Shown here piece after piece: positions 40,436 to 52,906 of a stretch of 64,000 nucleotides of DNA. Source of the DNA: Takakia lepidozioides. Taxonomy: Eukaryota > Plantae > Bryophyta. The stretch spans positions 39,928,001-39,992,000 of the forward strand of contig CM060731.1 of the NCBI GenBank assembly GCA_030704615.1, read 5' to 3'. A program made the position numbers and the translations under genes. Each line of letters starts with the position of its first letter. The first letter of the stretch is position 1. Under the pieces are notes generated by a model. It had not been told where the DNA came from. It ran no database searches and saw nothing but the letters and a program-made list of their open reading frames with translations.

Positions 40436-40759
40436 CACTGCCCTTTAGGTTCAGCCGGTTAAAACGTTAATAAGGGTTAAGAGGGTCTAGTTCCCTGCCA
40501 TATGCAATGCTTTTTTAAATAGCTTAAAGTAGAAACAATCTTTTTTTGTGGAAACTTTTGGGCCAAGCGTGTTTCCGTTATGGTTTGTCTCGTGCGTTTA
40601 AGAGCCATGGTCTGCAAGCCTTCCACACTTCGTTATTTGCAACCACACCCCTGCTCATCGGCCAACTCTGCTTATTTTCGTGCGCAAGCTCCCTTTGAGG
40701 TCTCACAAGTTCGCATCTTCTTGATGGAGCTAAATTGCTTTGGTGCAGAAAATGCGGGT

Positions 40760-41090
40760 GAAGGTTCAGATTTCAAAAACATAACACAGCGCGAGGTGTT
40801 TCCGCTACCGGGTGTTTTTCCTATTGCCGACTTTATACACGGGTGGTTCGATCTGGGAGGCCACGAGAAGAAGGCGGTGGAAGTGGAGAAGAGCATGGAC
40901 GCCTCCCATTCTTCACTTATTGAGGAGCACCGAAAGAAGGAGGAGGTTAGAGAGCCTGACACTCCAACCGATTTTGTGGACGTCTTGTTATCCCTCCAAG
41001 GGGAGAATGGGGAGGAACACATTAGCGACCAAACAGTAAAGGCCTCGGTGCGAGATATGATGGCAGCAGGGAGTAATCACACCTCAGCTT
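40760..41090 (+). pseudogene. Cytochrome P450 (CYP71 clan, CYP703-like) internal fragment
   Basis: GVFPIADFI..WFDLGGHEKK..LIEEHR..DFVDVLLSLQGENGEEHISDQTVKASVRDMMAAGSNHTSA covers helices F-I. No N-terminus or heme-binding motif was seen nearby. Confidence 0.75.
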
Positions 41091-42614
41091 TACTCTGCAC
41101 ACACGACACTATCGTCAAAGAAGAGTTTTGTCACTATAACAGTATTATACTTGATAGATTGAGCTGATTATTTCTCTCAAGAACTTCTCTCTCCTAAGCC
41201 AGACCACCTATGTCATGAGGAGCCCTACTATATTAGGGTCTAACTAAAGATCACCTTTTCTCGGTGGGCATAGAAGCAGCTGAAGAGCACGAATGCAGAC
41301 GGAATAGCCTGCATCCTCCAGTCTGCTCTTTCACCTCGCGCGCACATCACATGTATTTGACCTAGAATAAAACATGGATCATTATATTCTGAGAGAGAAG
41401 AGATGAAGGAAGACAGAGATTCACCGATTGAAAGCTTTGCAGTAATCAAGTAGCGATCCTGTAGCTCTAGAATTAGCCAACAACAATCCTGCAGAGAATT
41501 AGCAGTGAGCTGCCGGCGGCCGCAGCATGAAGCTTCACGTATATCCATTGCGAAATCCTAGTCAGGACGATCTGCAACTTGAAAAATTGCAATGCACACA
41601 GTCTGTCATGTGCACAATGAATGGCTCCGTGAAACTAAATCACATAACCATAGCAGGAGCGCTGGAGGAAACGCACCCATCCTCCCATGATGAGGACCGA
41701 GGGAAGTGCCAAAACGCCAGTCCCAACCACCAAGTTGAAGATGTAGCTGCACCATTCCAAAAATTAAGAACAACAACAATGACCACGGTCAGCTTCCTTC
41801 GTCTGTACTTATATTTAGAATTGAAAGTAAGGTGCATTCACACTCACGGAAACTCTCTTCTCGGCACCTTGAACACAACACTCTTGTTTCTTTCACCACC
41901 TGTTTATTCCATACTCTCTTCTTGGGTATACCGTGAGAACTGCATTGCTTGGCGATATAGTCATCTCGAATTGGCTGCTTCAAAATTCAGCCTCGCAAAA
42001 TTGCATCTGACGATCTACAAGGAATAAGTCGAGCCCGTGCATCTACAGTGACTCACATGCGACCACAATTCTAAGCAATCGTACTGTAGGTCCCTGTTTA
42101 ATGTTCGGAAAAGATGCCATGAGCCCTGCTCTGCACCCTGCAATTCAAGTATGGTTCAAGTATGGTGGCCCAGATTCTTATCTCTTCTTCTTTAGGACGT
42201 AGCAATGTAGCAACAATCGATCATTCGAAAGACCTCTAGAATTTATTGCAGCCACCTCACTTGGAACACCTCTTAAAGAAACTAGACATTTGAATGGATT
42301 GACCAGTCTACTTACGCCAGACCTATACCCTTATCGGTACAGGCATGTACAGTCTGAAATCACATCAATACATACATGTATATGTACAAGTATATTCATG
42401 TTCGAATCCTCTTTCAAACATTCCCGGGCTCACCATCAGAAAATTGTGAAAGCAGTGTAGGCCTCAATTTCCACACGCATTGAGCACCATGTTGAGGGGA
42501 TAGGGCCTCACAGGCTTAGAGGGGAATCTCCAGATAGCTCCAATAGGGCGAAGACTGGTCACACCAAAAAACACAGATTGGTTGATCAATCTTCTTCATG
42601 CTTCACAACTTGTT

Positions 42615-44621
42615 TCACCAGTAATCTCCACACGAACAAACGCCATCTTGGAAGTGGTGAAAGCGGTTGGAATCTCTGACAACAATTTCTCGCCCAACGA
42701 TCTTCGAAATGAACTTGGTGGCAGTGTGGCAGTCTCCACACACCTTAAGATTCTTGATGACGTGTATAAGCATCCCGGGGGGTGTGCTGATGAGCCCGAA
42801 AGCTATAGCTAGCTTCTCACTGTGGTACCCAAGAGAAACTTCCTTTTGCTCCTCCTCCACATCATGCAATACAAAGCTTGTGTCAGGCATGTAACCAACT
42901 TCCTTCATGCACTCAGAGAGTCTCTTCAGCTCGACATGTATTTCCTCATTTTGTGGATGCAAGGTGTCTTCTACAGGGAATGTATGCACCTGGTTGTGAA
43001 CCTCAATGCAGCTGCGCCCTGGCTCCTTTTTGACACCTCTCTCCTCCATCAATCTTCTCACATTCGCTTTATCATCCCACAGGCCAGCGGCGGCATAGAT
43101 GTTTGATAGCATGACATAAGCTCCAGGGTGCTGAGGATCACACTCAAGAATGCCTTTGGCAGCACGTTCTGCTCGCTCTACATCACCATGAACTCTAGAG
43201 GCCCCGAGCAACGCCCCCCATACAGAAGCATCAGTTTTGACGGGCATTTTCTTGATGAAGTCCTCTGCCTCATCCAATCGCCCTGCACGGCCAAGAAGGT
43301 CCACCATGCAGCCAAAATGCTCCACTGTAGGTGTGAGGCCATAATCTCCGCTCATGGAATCAAAGTAGTGACACCCTTCATCCACTAAGCCTACATGGCT
43401 ACATGCGGAGAGAAGTAATATAAAGGTGATACCATTTGGCTTCAAGCCTTGTTGTTGCATTCGTTGAAATACTCGGAGGACCTCACTACCACCTCCATGC
43501 TGTGCATATCCGGCCATCATTGCATTCCATGCGACCAGATCTCGTTCAGTCATTTTGTCAAACACTTTACGTGCGTCTTTTATGCTCCCACATTTGGCAT
43601 ACATGTTAACAAGGGCAGTGTCCAAATTTAGATATGACACAATCGCAGCTTTCATGATCTCAGTGTGGACCCGCTTGCCTTTTTCGAGGGCTCCTAAGCT
43701 TGCACACGCATTGAGAACACAGATGAATGTGACCCTGTTGGGAGTAACCCCTTCCCGTTGCATTCGCACATATTTGGAGAGCCTGTCACCACCCCCATGC
43801 TGAGCATATCCCGCAATCAATGCATTCCATGAGACCACATCTCTTTTAGTCATGTTGTCGAACACTTGCTTTGCATCCTCCACACTCCCGCATTTGGCAT
43901 ACATGTCAACAAGGGTAGTCTCCAACTTGATGTAGGCCACAATTCCAGCCTTCATAACAGAAGCATGGACCTTTTTGCCCTTATCCAAGGCTCCCAGGCT
44001 GGCACATGCATTGAGGACCGAAATGAATGTGACCCTGTTGGGTGTTACTGCTGCCCTTTGCATTTGCTCATATATCTCAAGAGCCTCCCTGCCACACCCA
44101 TGCTGGGCATATCCTGTGATCATTGCACTCCACAAGACTACATCTTGTTTAGACATGTCATCAAACACTTGTCGTGCATCAGTCATGCTACCGCATTTAG
44201 CATACATGTCAACAAGGGCAGTCTCCAAATTAATGTGTAATGCAATTCCAGATTTGATGATGTCAGCATGAACCTTCTTGGCCTTTTCCAGGGTTCCTAG
44301 GGAGGCACACGCATTGCGAATGCAAATGAATGTGAACATGTCAGGAGTCACCCCTTCCTGTTGCATTTGCTCAAACATCTTGAAAGCCTCCTCAGCATGC
44401 CCCTGCTTGGCATATCCTGCCATCATTATAGTCCACGTAAAAAAATCTCGTTGAGCCATTTTGTCAAACACTTTGCCTGCCCCCACCACGTCCCCACACT
44501 TGGCATACATGTTGACAAGGGTGCTGAGGAGAAAGATATCTGGCTTGAATCCACTTTGGGTTATGTGGGCATGCACCTGCTTTCCTGCTGCTAGGCTTTT
44601 ACTTTTGATGCACTCCTGCAC
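42615..44621 (-). CDS. PLS-class PPR protein with E1-E2-DYW (PG-type) domains; organellar C-to-U RNA editing factor
   Basis: 14 PPR motifs (L-S-P x3, L-S, P2-L2-S2), E domains, PG box [11 protein letters not shown], deaminase HSEK...CGDC and terminal CSCGDYW. The frame is open up to 44660 but has no ATG before 44510, so the 5' end is uncertain. Confidence 0.9.
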   Translation of the reverse strand: MQECIKSKSLAAGKQVHAHITQSGFKPDIFLLSTLVNMYAKCGDVVGAGKVFDKMAQRDFFTWTIMMAGYAKQGHAEEAFKMFEQMQQEGVTPDMFTFICIRNACASLGTLEKAKKVHADIIKSGIALHINLETALVDMYAKCGSMTDARQVFDDMSKQDVVLWSAMITGYAQHGCGREALEIYEQMQRAAVTPNRVTFISVLNACASLGALDKGKKVHASVMKAGIVAYIKLETTLVDMYAKCGSVEDAKQVFDNMTKRDVVSWNALIAGYAQHGGGDRLSKYVRMQREGVTPNRVTFICVLNACASLGALEKGKRVHTEIMKAAIVSYLNLDTALVNMYAKCGSIKDARKVFDKMTERDLVAWNAMMAGYAQHGGGSEVLRVFQRMQQQGLKPNGITFILLLSACSHVGLVDEGCHYFDSMSGDYGLTPTVEHFGCMVDLLGRAGRLDEAEDFIKKMPVKTDASVWGALLGASRVHGDVERAERAAKGILECDPQHPGAYVMLSNIYAAAGLWDDKANVRRLMEERGVKKEPGRSCIEVHNQVHTFPVEDTLHPQNEEIHVELKRLSECMKEVGYMPDTSFVLHDVEEEQKEVSLGYHSEKLAIAFGLISTPPGMLIHVIKNLKVCGDCHTATKFISKIVGREIVVRDSNRFHHFQDGVCSCGDYW

Positions 44622-44819
44622 TAGACTCTGATAAGTGTAGATTTTGTCTTCGATAACCGTTCATAGAGCTATTTGTAATGCACCTACATCCATTTTTAAA
44701 TAAACCTTCATGAGTTAGTACCTATTCAAAAAGTGTGTGGGATAGGTTAATAAATAACAAACTTTCTATTTTGTTTTCATCCAATTATTTTATTTTTCAT
44801 TCATTCTTTTTAGACTGTA

Positions 44820-45850
44820 CCTCATTTTTTTCTCTATAAGTATAGAAAACGAGGATCATTTTCTTCTCTTTCTTCCGCAAGTTGTTTGCATATAATAGAC
44901 GTGTCTCTCAGTTTTGCTCTTTTACCTTCGTTTCTATGTTTTTTTTTTGTTTATGTTGCTTGTTTATGTTTCTTTGTCCTTTCGGTTCTTTGGCAATGTT
45001 TTTTAGTTCTTTTCAGTAGTTTCATTTGTCTTTGTTCTTCACTTTTGGTTCTATGTTTGTGTTTCTTTCTAATTTCTATTCTTTGTCTTTCTGTGTTAGG
45101 TTAACCTTCTCTTCTTTTTTCTATTTCATTCTGTTTTTTTTTTTTTCTTGAAAACTCTATAAGTATGCAGAACGAGGATCATTTCCTTCACTTTCTTTTG
45201 CAAGCAAGCTTTCTGTATAGAATAGAATTGTCTCTCAGTTCTACTCCTTTGTCATCATTTGTGTTTCTTCTTTGCTTCTGTTGTTTGTTTATGTTTCTTT
45301 GTTCTTTCGGTTCTCTGGCAAAATAAAACTGTCTCTTAGTTCTTCTCAGGAGCCTTCATTTGTTTTTTCCTTTCATTTTCTGATCTTTGTTTATGTTTCT
45401 TCTTTGCTTTTGTTGTTTATTTATGTTGTTTTGTTCTTTCGGTTTTGTGGCAAAATGGACTGTCTCCTAGTTCTAGTTCTGAGTAGCCTTCATTTGTTTT
45501 TTTTCCTTCGCTTTCCGTTCTTTGTTTATGTTTCTTTTCGATCTATATTCTTTGTATTTCTGTGTAAATTGTACAACAAAATAGAACTTTCCATTCTTTC
45601 TTTCTCTTCTCTTTCGTTTTGTTTCTTTCCTCTTCGTTTGTCTTTCTTCTTTGCTTTTGTTGTTTGTTTATGTTTCTTTGTCCTTTCGGTTCTGTAGCAA
45701 AATAAAAATGTCTCCTAGTTCTTCTGATTAGCCTTCATTTGTTTTTTTCTTTCACTTTCTACCTTTGTATTTCTGTGTGAGTTGCTGAGCGGAGTAGAAC
45801 ATTCATTTCTTTCTTTCTCTTCGTTTTGTTTTGTTTTTTTTCTTCTAACA
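44820..45850. repeat. T-rich low-complexity duplicated blocks
   Basis: ctctataagtat..aacgaggatcattt occurs twice and gtttatg..ttctttcggtt..ggcaaaat four times. Strong T skew. Confidence 0.7.
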
Positions 45851-45994
45851 TATTTGACACACTATCAGATAACTACCAAAAACACTATCTTATATTTCCA
45901 AGAAATCATCAAAATTCATTACACTGTGATTATGCCACTTTGAGTGTTATATCATAATCTATAGTGTATATGATATTCAAACATGCTTTTAATC

Positions 45995-46690
45995 ACTCTA
46001 AAAATCCTTAGAGCGGCTCATAGCAGCTCTAAGGGATCCTTAGTGCGATTGCAAATAGCAATATAGTTTATTCTGTTTTCTTGCTCTAAGTAATGCTTGG
46101 ATCAAATGTGAATAGCCATTTAGATTTTTTATTATTTTCCTGCTGTAATAAATCCTTAGAGTGGCTCTTAGGGATCCTTAGAGCAAATACAAATAGCAAT
46201 TTAGCTTTTTCTTTTTCCCCGCTGTAGAAAATCCTAGAGCGGCTCTAAAGGATTCTTAGAATGAATGTAAATAGCAATTTATCTTTTTTTATTTTCTTAC
46301 TCTAAGTAATACTTAGATAGAAGGTAAATAACAAATTAGTTTTTTCTGTTTTTCCACTCTAAAAAACCCCTAGAGCGGCTCTAAAGGATTCTTAGAGCGA
46401 ATATAAATAGCAATTTAGCTTTTTCTATTTTCCCAATCTAACAAATCCTTACATTGGCTCTAAGGATATTAAGGGATCATTAGAATAATTGTAAAAAATA
46501 CGTTAAGGTTTATCTTCTTCGTCATGGTTGACCGATTTGTTTTCCCGCTCTATGAAATCCTTAGAGCAGCGTAGAATGCTATAAGGGATTCTTACAATGA
46601 ACGTAAATAACAATTTAGTTTTTTTTTTTTTTTCCAATTTAAGAGATCCGCTCTAAGGGATCATTAGAATAAATGTAAAAAATATGTTAG
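45995..46690. repeat. Irregular tandem array built on the inverted motif TTAGAGC-N-GCTCTAA
   Basis: About 6-7 degenerate units of aaatccttagagcggctctaagggatccttagag..aaatagcaattt. Confidence 0.75.
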
Positions 46691-47437
46691 GGTTTTTCTT
46701 CTTGGTCATGGTTGATTGTTGAGGCCGTATGGCACCCTTTGAGATTTAACTCTTCTTCCCCTTCAATAATTCAACTATTAACAATATAGTTGTTTGGCTA
46801 AAAGTAATGTGATTTTTTGGCTAAAATATATTAGGGTTTAGCCAGACCTTGTCGACGTGGCCTTCTGTCTTGTCAAGAAACAAAAACTTGGCACTAGCTG
46901 GCATCCTAAAGAATATCCTTGTGAGTGCCACAACGCTTTAGAATAGGGCCAAACAAACAGAAAAATAAAATAAAATAAAATAAAATAAGAATGACAAGTA
47001 AGAAGCAACAAAGCAACAAGCGACCGGCAATTATTAGGATGGGAGTTGCTTTCCAGCTGTCAAATTTTGGAGCTCCAACCTCAAAGTGTATCCTCGGCCT
47101 ATATACTTTAGGAATACACAATAAGCACACAATATGTACACTTGCCACAAAGACACGAATACATAACCGAGGTTTGGAGGCATTTTGCCTACGTGGCAGC
47201 GTGCAATTAGTCCTGGACAGGCCTGTCACCCGCTGTAGCCCAACACCGCTAGCCAATACGTCCAGAAACCTCGATTATGTCCTATAGACGGGGAGGCTTG
47301 TCCGGCTACACCCCATAGCCGGTCTCGGCTACCTAGTCCATAGAGAACTCGTGTTAAAATAGTCCAACAAGGCCGCATGTTCTGTCACATCAGGTGCTCT
47401 GGGAGGTTCCCCCATTGTTCGGTCTTATGGCCCTTTA

Positions 47438-47791
47438 GGGTATGTTGGCCTACGACCGTTCAAATAACGATGGTGAAAAATCTAACGGTGAATTTTTGTC
47501 ATTTTTACTTCAGGTAGATTTCATAAGGTGTCCCAGATATGGGGCAACCTGATTTCATGAATCCTACACAAAGTTGTAGGATTTCAAAGTCGAACCAACA
47601 GAATGCTTGTATACACCAAGAGCCCTATGACCACTCACACTTTTTTTTGGGGGGTTTATATCAAATGATTGTTTACCAAGTGGCAAAAATGGACAGTCTT
47701 GGGACCAGCACTGCATGGTCATAGGTACTGACAGAAGCGTTAATGGGGTGTTAGGTCATAGACGCCTGTGCGGTCATAGGCCAACTAACCC
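47438..47791. mobile_element. MITE, 354 bp
   Basis: TIRs gggtatgttggcctacgaccg / cggtcataggccaactaaccc with TA on both flanks. Confidence 0.7.
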
Positions 47792-49779
47792 TATGAGGTT
47801 ATTTTTTCCTAGATCTTAATTCCAAATTCAGGGCTCCACCCCTCAGTTCTCAAATATATATATATATATATACTGATACTGGATGAATGAGCCGGACCAT
47901 TCACTCATTCATCCGGTGGCTCACCTCAGTAATACAGTGCAGTAAATAGCAATCAAGAGCTTGTTGTCGTCTAGTCTGGTCGTCTGGACTCAATAATCTG
48001 ATGTATCGCTGAAGCTAAATTTTATTTTTCTGTGGTGTGGGGTTTTCCTTTCAACATCCACGAAACATATCATCTATTTCTTTCCACCGTGTTTCAGATA
48101 TTTCATCAGCAGTTAGTGTCAAAAAACAAATGTGGCATTCCATATTTTTCAACCATTGCAAGTAAATCTTTTAAATTTCATCTATGATATTGAGGAGATC
48201 CAAGAATAGAGGATGGAATTTTACATTTAATAATATGTCTCATAATTACTGTATAATCAGGATTTTTTTCCTTATAAATTTATAGCTTTTTCTAAACAAA
48301 TTCTTTTACTTGTTTCGCTATTAAATGATACTAGGGTAGCTTGTGCCATTGGCCCTCTGTGAAGAATTGAAATCTAAGCCCAAGTGCAATCTCATATGTA
48401 TCCCATATAGAGGCCCAAGTGCAACCTCTAGTGTCCAATGTCATCTAAGTCCAAGTGCAATCCCAAAGCCCACTTTGCTATTTTTATAATCTCCCTTGTC
48501 GGGCTTCATATATTGATATATCCACTTTGCTATTTTTTGCGAATTTCCAACGACCAAAAGTACTTCAAATTCCAAATCTCCCACATGAAGGGCCAATCAT
48601 TGCTCCATGAAAGCCCACTTTGCTATTTTTCCCGAATTTCCAGAGACCAAAACGATTCTGAGAGAGAGAGAACCAAAACATTGGAAGAAAAAAAACCCTA
48701 TGGGAGAGAGGGGTCGAGATCATAATTCTGGAGGCTTGGTGAACTGAGGGTCTTATGTCCAACAACTGCTTCACCCCTGCTTTTCTGCATTAAGAACCTT
48801 TCATCTCAAGCTCACATATTATGCCTCAAAACTCCTAGATACTTTGAAACAGAGATCTCTTGATGATGATAGGCTTCATCTGTTGCAAAACTGTTGCACT
48901 CAATATTCTTTGAGAAAAAACTTATCGAAATGAATCCCGTGAATCGTCATGATTGTATTTCTGTTAGTCTCTCTATTTACATATGCAACTGTACCTGTTG
49001 TTTTCTCCACTTGGAGTTCCATTGGCTGGATTTGAACCCATCCACATGTCAACAAGAGACCTACACACCATCTCAAGATTGTTTCGTGCTGCCTCCAGGG
49101 AAGAATGTAAGTCTTCTACAATAGTGTCTAAAATGAAATGTTGCTCAATATGTGGAATAATAAATTTCAATAGTTATCTATAAAATTTCAAGAAAATTTA
49201 ATAAAAAATCCAAATTGCACCATATCACCATATCAAATAGTTTATATGTATTTAGAATATTATGCACAAGATATTGAAGAAAATAATGTGTGTAATAAAT
49301 GTGTGTTTGCAAAGCTTGGGCTAAAACCTGTGCAGACATGGACTGGAATTCCGGGAGCGCAGATCACGTCCACATAGCATTCTGCAATTCATGGGGTCGC
49401 CTTGGTATCATCTGTCACTCCCCCACGCAAGACGACGACTACTGGACCGAGCTCCCACCACCAGCATTGCGCGACCTTCGAGTCCCCCACCACACTGTCG
49501 CCGGAGTTTGAACGAGTTGTCAACTGGAAACGTCTCAAAACATCATCCAAACCCTCGAGGCTCATCTACTCTTAGATCTTTCCTGCTTTAGGAAAAGTCA
49601 ATGGGAAAACAGCTGCCAACTCTTTGACAGACAACAACATTTTTAGAATATTTACTCAGTTCTTAATTTCAATTAGGGAACTTCCTTTTGGTCCCATAGC
49701 CCTTAGGGCGTCGAAGCTTGTGGACTTCAAATACATTTTCTTATCTTTTTTTCTCTATAATGAACCCAATCATCCCATG

Positions 49780-50270
49780 ATAGGAAGATGATGCAATTGT
49801 GGTGTAGCCGCGTTCAATGAAGTACAGACCATTAGAAGTTGAATGGACACCACCAATATAGGAAGGGGTTCCAACTCGAGTTGTAGGATTATGATGGCCA
49901 TATCAAAGTGCAAAGCTAAGTGTTCATGAGAGAGAACACAATACCATAATTCGGTATAAAATATTTGACAATATCTATTACACTGAAAAGATGTTTGCAT
50001 TTCCCTCAGTTTCTCTTTTGTCATGAGTAACTGTTGATTATGAGTCGTCATCTTGGGGCTCTGTGTGAAGTGCCAAGTGCCTAGGAAAGTCCCGAAAATT
50101 CAGTCCTCCAGATAAGATTAAAGAGAAATACAAGGGGCCTCTATCATGGGGTCGCGAACATGCTTGATAAGCTCATGGACTATGCCATCAGGTCCACCAG
50201 CTTTATATCCGCTTAAATGCTCAATTGTTTCCATAATCTCAAAAGAACTAATGGGAGCATTGTAACCCAT
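49780..50270 (-). mobile_element. Degenerate LINE reverse transcriptase fragment
   Basis: Reverse strand reads YNAPISSFEIMETIEHLSGYKAGGPDGIVHELIKH, the KAxGPDG motif that precedes RT domain 1. Confidence 0.65.
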
Positions 50271-51740
50271 TGAAATTTACTCGAGTTCATAAGGCTACGT
50301 TGAATCGCAGAGACAGTTCTTTCTACCGGGTACTTCCATTCTTGAGAAAACCCCTCACTGTTGATTTCTGCCAAAGGTACTACAGTAGTTTCAAAGGCTT
50401 TGACAATGTCAACCGTGTTGAAGTCACCCCTGCACCCTTAGTAGTCCTCACCGCTTATACTTGTGACAATTTTTCGGCTTGTACAGACGTTGAATTAGGG
50501 CCAACCAGAATCTCTTGTCATTACCACCATGGTGATTTCAGTTTATTTCACTGTTTAACTTGTTCCAATATAATTTCTTCTGACACCTTACGACATCTTT
50601 AATGAGAAACTGGTAGTACCTAGCCCACAATTCTTTGGTGACTTTCATAATGCACCACTCTTTATAGATGAGGTCTCTCAGCTATCTTGAGTTTGATCTT
50701 ATTGGTCCACCAATTAACAGCTCTACCGCAGACAAGTAACTTTTCAGCCACAGAGGAGACAAAACTCTCCCAAGAATCCCCGGCTCTTTCGACTTAATTT
50801 CTTGCATCGTTAGAGCGAGACTGAGATCTAGGAACGAATGGACAAAGTGAGGGAGAGAGGGAGAGCCTCACTAGCCTTGATGCTACGTTCCTTCTTTTCT
50901 TATTCAATCCCTGTTCACAATCCACTTTCAGCCAAGCCACTTTCTCATTCCAAATTGCATATTTACAGACCGTTTCATTACAGATCACCAATCCGTTTTG
51001 GCTTCCGTTCATAATCTACTGATCTGTCGACTTTTGTACTTGAACTGAATTTATTATGCTCTATGCAAAGTACTGGAATGCTACGTCCAGTCCGCCCAAC
51101 CACCACAGCGTGCATCACTATTCACCATCACAAGGCAGTGCATGTTGATCATCTTCCTTCTTTTTTTCTTTTTTCTTTTTTCTCCAAAGCCGAGAAGTAA
51201 GGTTTGTGGGAGGCTGCCGCAAACCTGAATATCGATTTGGGGAAGGGTTTGGAAACGGGTCGATAGTGGACGTAGCGGTTGGGGTGGCTTTTGGGAGAGA
51301 GGGAGGGCCCACCGGCCCCTACATTTGGTGATGTGGCGCCGGACATTATTCCTTGAGAGTCGCAGCCTTGGGTAGAGTGGAAGGACCCACCATGAGCCAT
51401 GCTTCCTGTTCTCCGCGGGTACTTCTGCCATGGATGGAGTGGGAGAGGTCAGGAGTAGTGATAACCCTTTTTCCACTGCTAGGGTGGTACTGAAAGGAGG
51501 GAGAGGTTCCCCCACCAGGATTTCCCCTTGCTGTGCCATGGCTAGGGCCGAGGTGCTTAGTGTAAATTGGGATAGTTCAGAACTTCCGCAGGCGCTGTTC
51601 GGCGTGCCACGGATGAACACGCCCGAACTCCAGACCGCCAGTAACAATCCACACACGTCCCGAGAGGCGGGTTTTAACTTTGAACCCGGAACAGACAGGG
51701 TCACACAGTACTGTGCTGAGCTACCAGCCGACGAGCAATT

Positions 51741-52625
51741 TGTTTTGCATATCTGAAGGAGATGGGAACATAATAGAGAGGTAAAGTCGATTCTTAAGTC
51801 AAATATATCACAAGATTGTAACAGGTGTATACGACTCTTTTGAGATACCACGAGATGCTTTAATAAGAAAAGCTGAGTCTATTCAGATCTCGTTGTGGTG
51901 AGTACATAAAGAGACGAGACAGGGAGGTATTACAGTGCATTGCAGAACGCACTGCTCATCTTCTGCTACACACTGCAACTGGAGTGGAATTTGACTTATC
52001 CACTACATCACTGGCAGTGGAGTTGTACTATTATACATTTCAGCACTAATCAATGTTTTACTCCATCTCTGCAGTGGAGTAGGGATTGAGAGGGATCTTT
52101 TGTTTTTCTATCTAGAGCCACATGGTCTGCATTGCAGTACAGAAAACTAAGATATGATTGATCGATCCCCAAATATGTTAGTGAATTAATTCAAATTTCT
52201 AGTCACGACAGGATTAGATTAGACGATGCTAGCTCTTGGAGATGGATTAACCACAAGATTGTCCAGAGTAAAGCCGATGTTGGAGTAGATATAAATATCG
52301 GAGAAATAACCTGTGGATGAGGAGTAGATCGTACAACTAGTAGTTGCAAATGGACTGGGACAATGCTGGCAAGGGATGCAAGGATTTAGATAGATCTGAG
52401 AAGATCTTTGATTACCACTCCACTCGTATGATGTTCTCCTTTTCCTTGGCTTGTTTCTCTCACATGAGATACACATCGCCTCCAAAAGTTAGCAAGTTCC
52501 GAATCTGGAGTCTAGACCCAAGATGAGGCGTGCGCTCAGTGAAGTGGATTTTCATCACTAAGTAACAAATGGAAAGAAACAGTACACAAGGGAGATATAA
52601 AGGACCCAAAATTTAGCTATTAATG
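51741..52625 (+). mobile_element. Dispersed repeat, probable solo LTR (family B), copy 2
   Basis: Inverted homolog of 34330-35256. Starts TGTTTTGCATATCTG and may extend to about 52760. Confidence 0.65.
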
Positions 52626-52906
52626 TAGATATCGAACTCGTTGACAACTCATTGGAGACGTCTTATATTGCTTTTTGTATTTGTTAGTCTCATTTCCACA
52701 CTAGTGGAATATTAAATTTAACCTAGGGGTATCTGTCTTAAATTAAGAATTTGATCATCAGTATACATCATCAAAGTTCCCGTTTAGATCCCAATCCCGA
52801 CAACGTAATCATCCTCAGTAGAAAGTAACTTCCAAAGCTGATCAACGACCAAGAAGTTGCACTCCCTACAAATCTATACTTGAGACATGAATGCAGAACT
52901 ACATAC

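Noticed and set aside
40441-40480. Additional AGGG-TTAA piggyBac-like ends (also near 14047 and 58546)
   Set aside because: No partner TIR or subterminal palindrome was found.
49299-49511. F-box-like scrap (CVCKAW)
   Set aside because: Too short to support a call.
51081-51851. 256-aa minus-strand ORF
   Set aside because: It begins inside the LTR-like repeat, runs through low-complexity sequence and has no recognisable domain.
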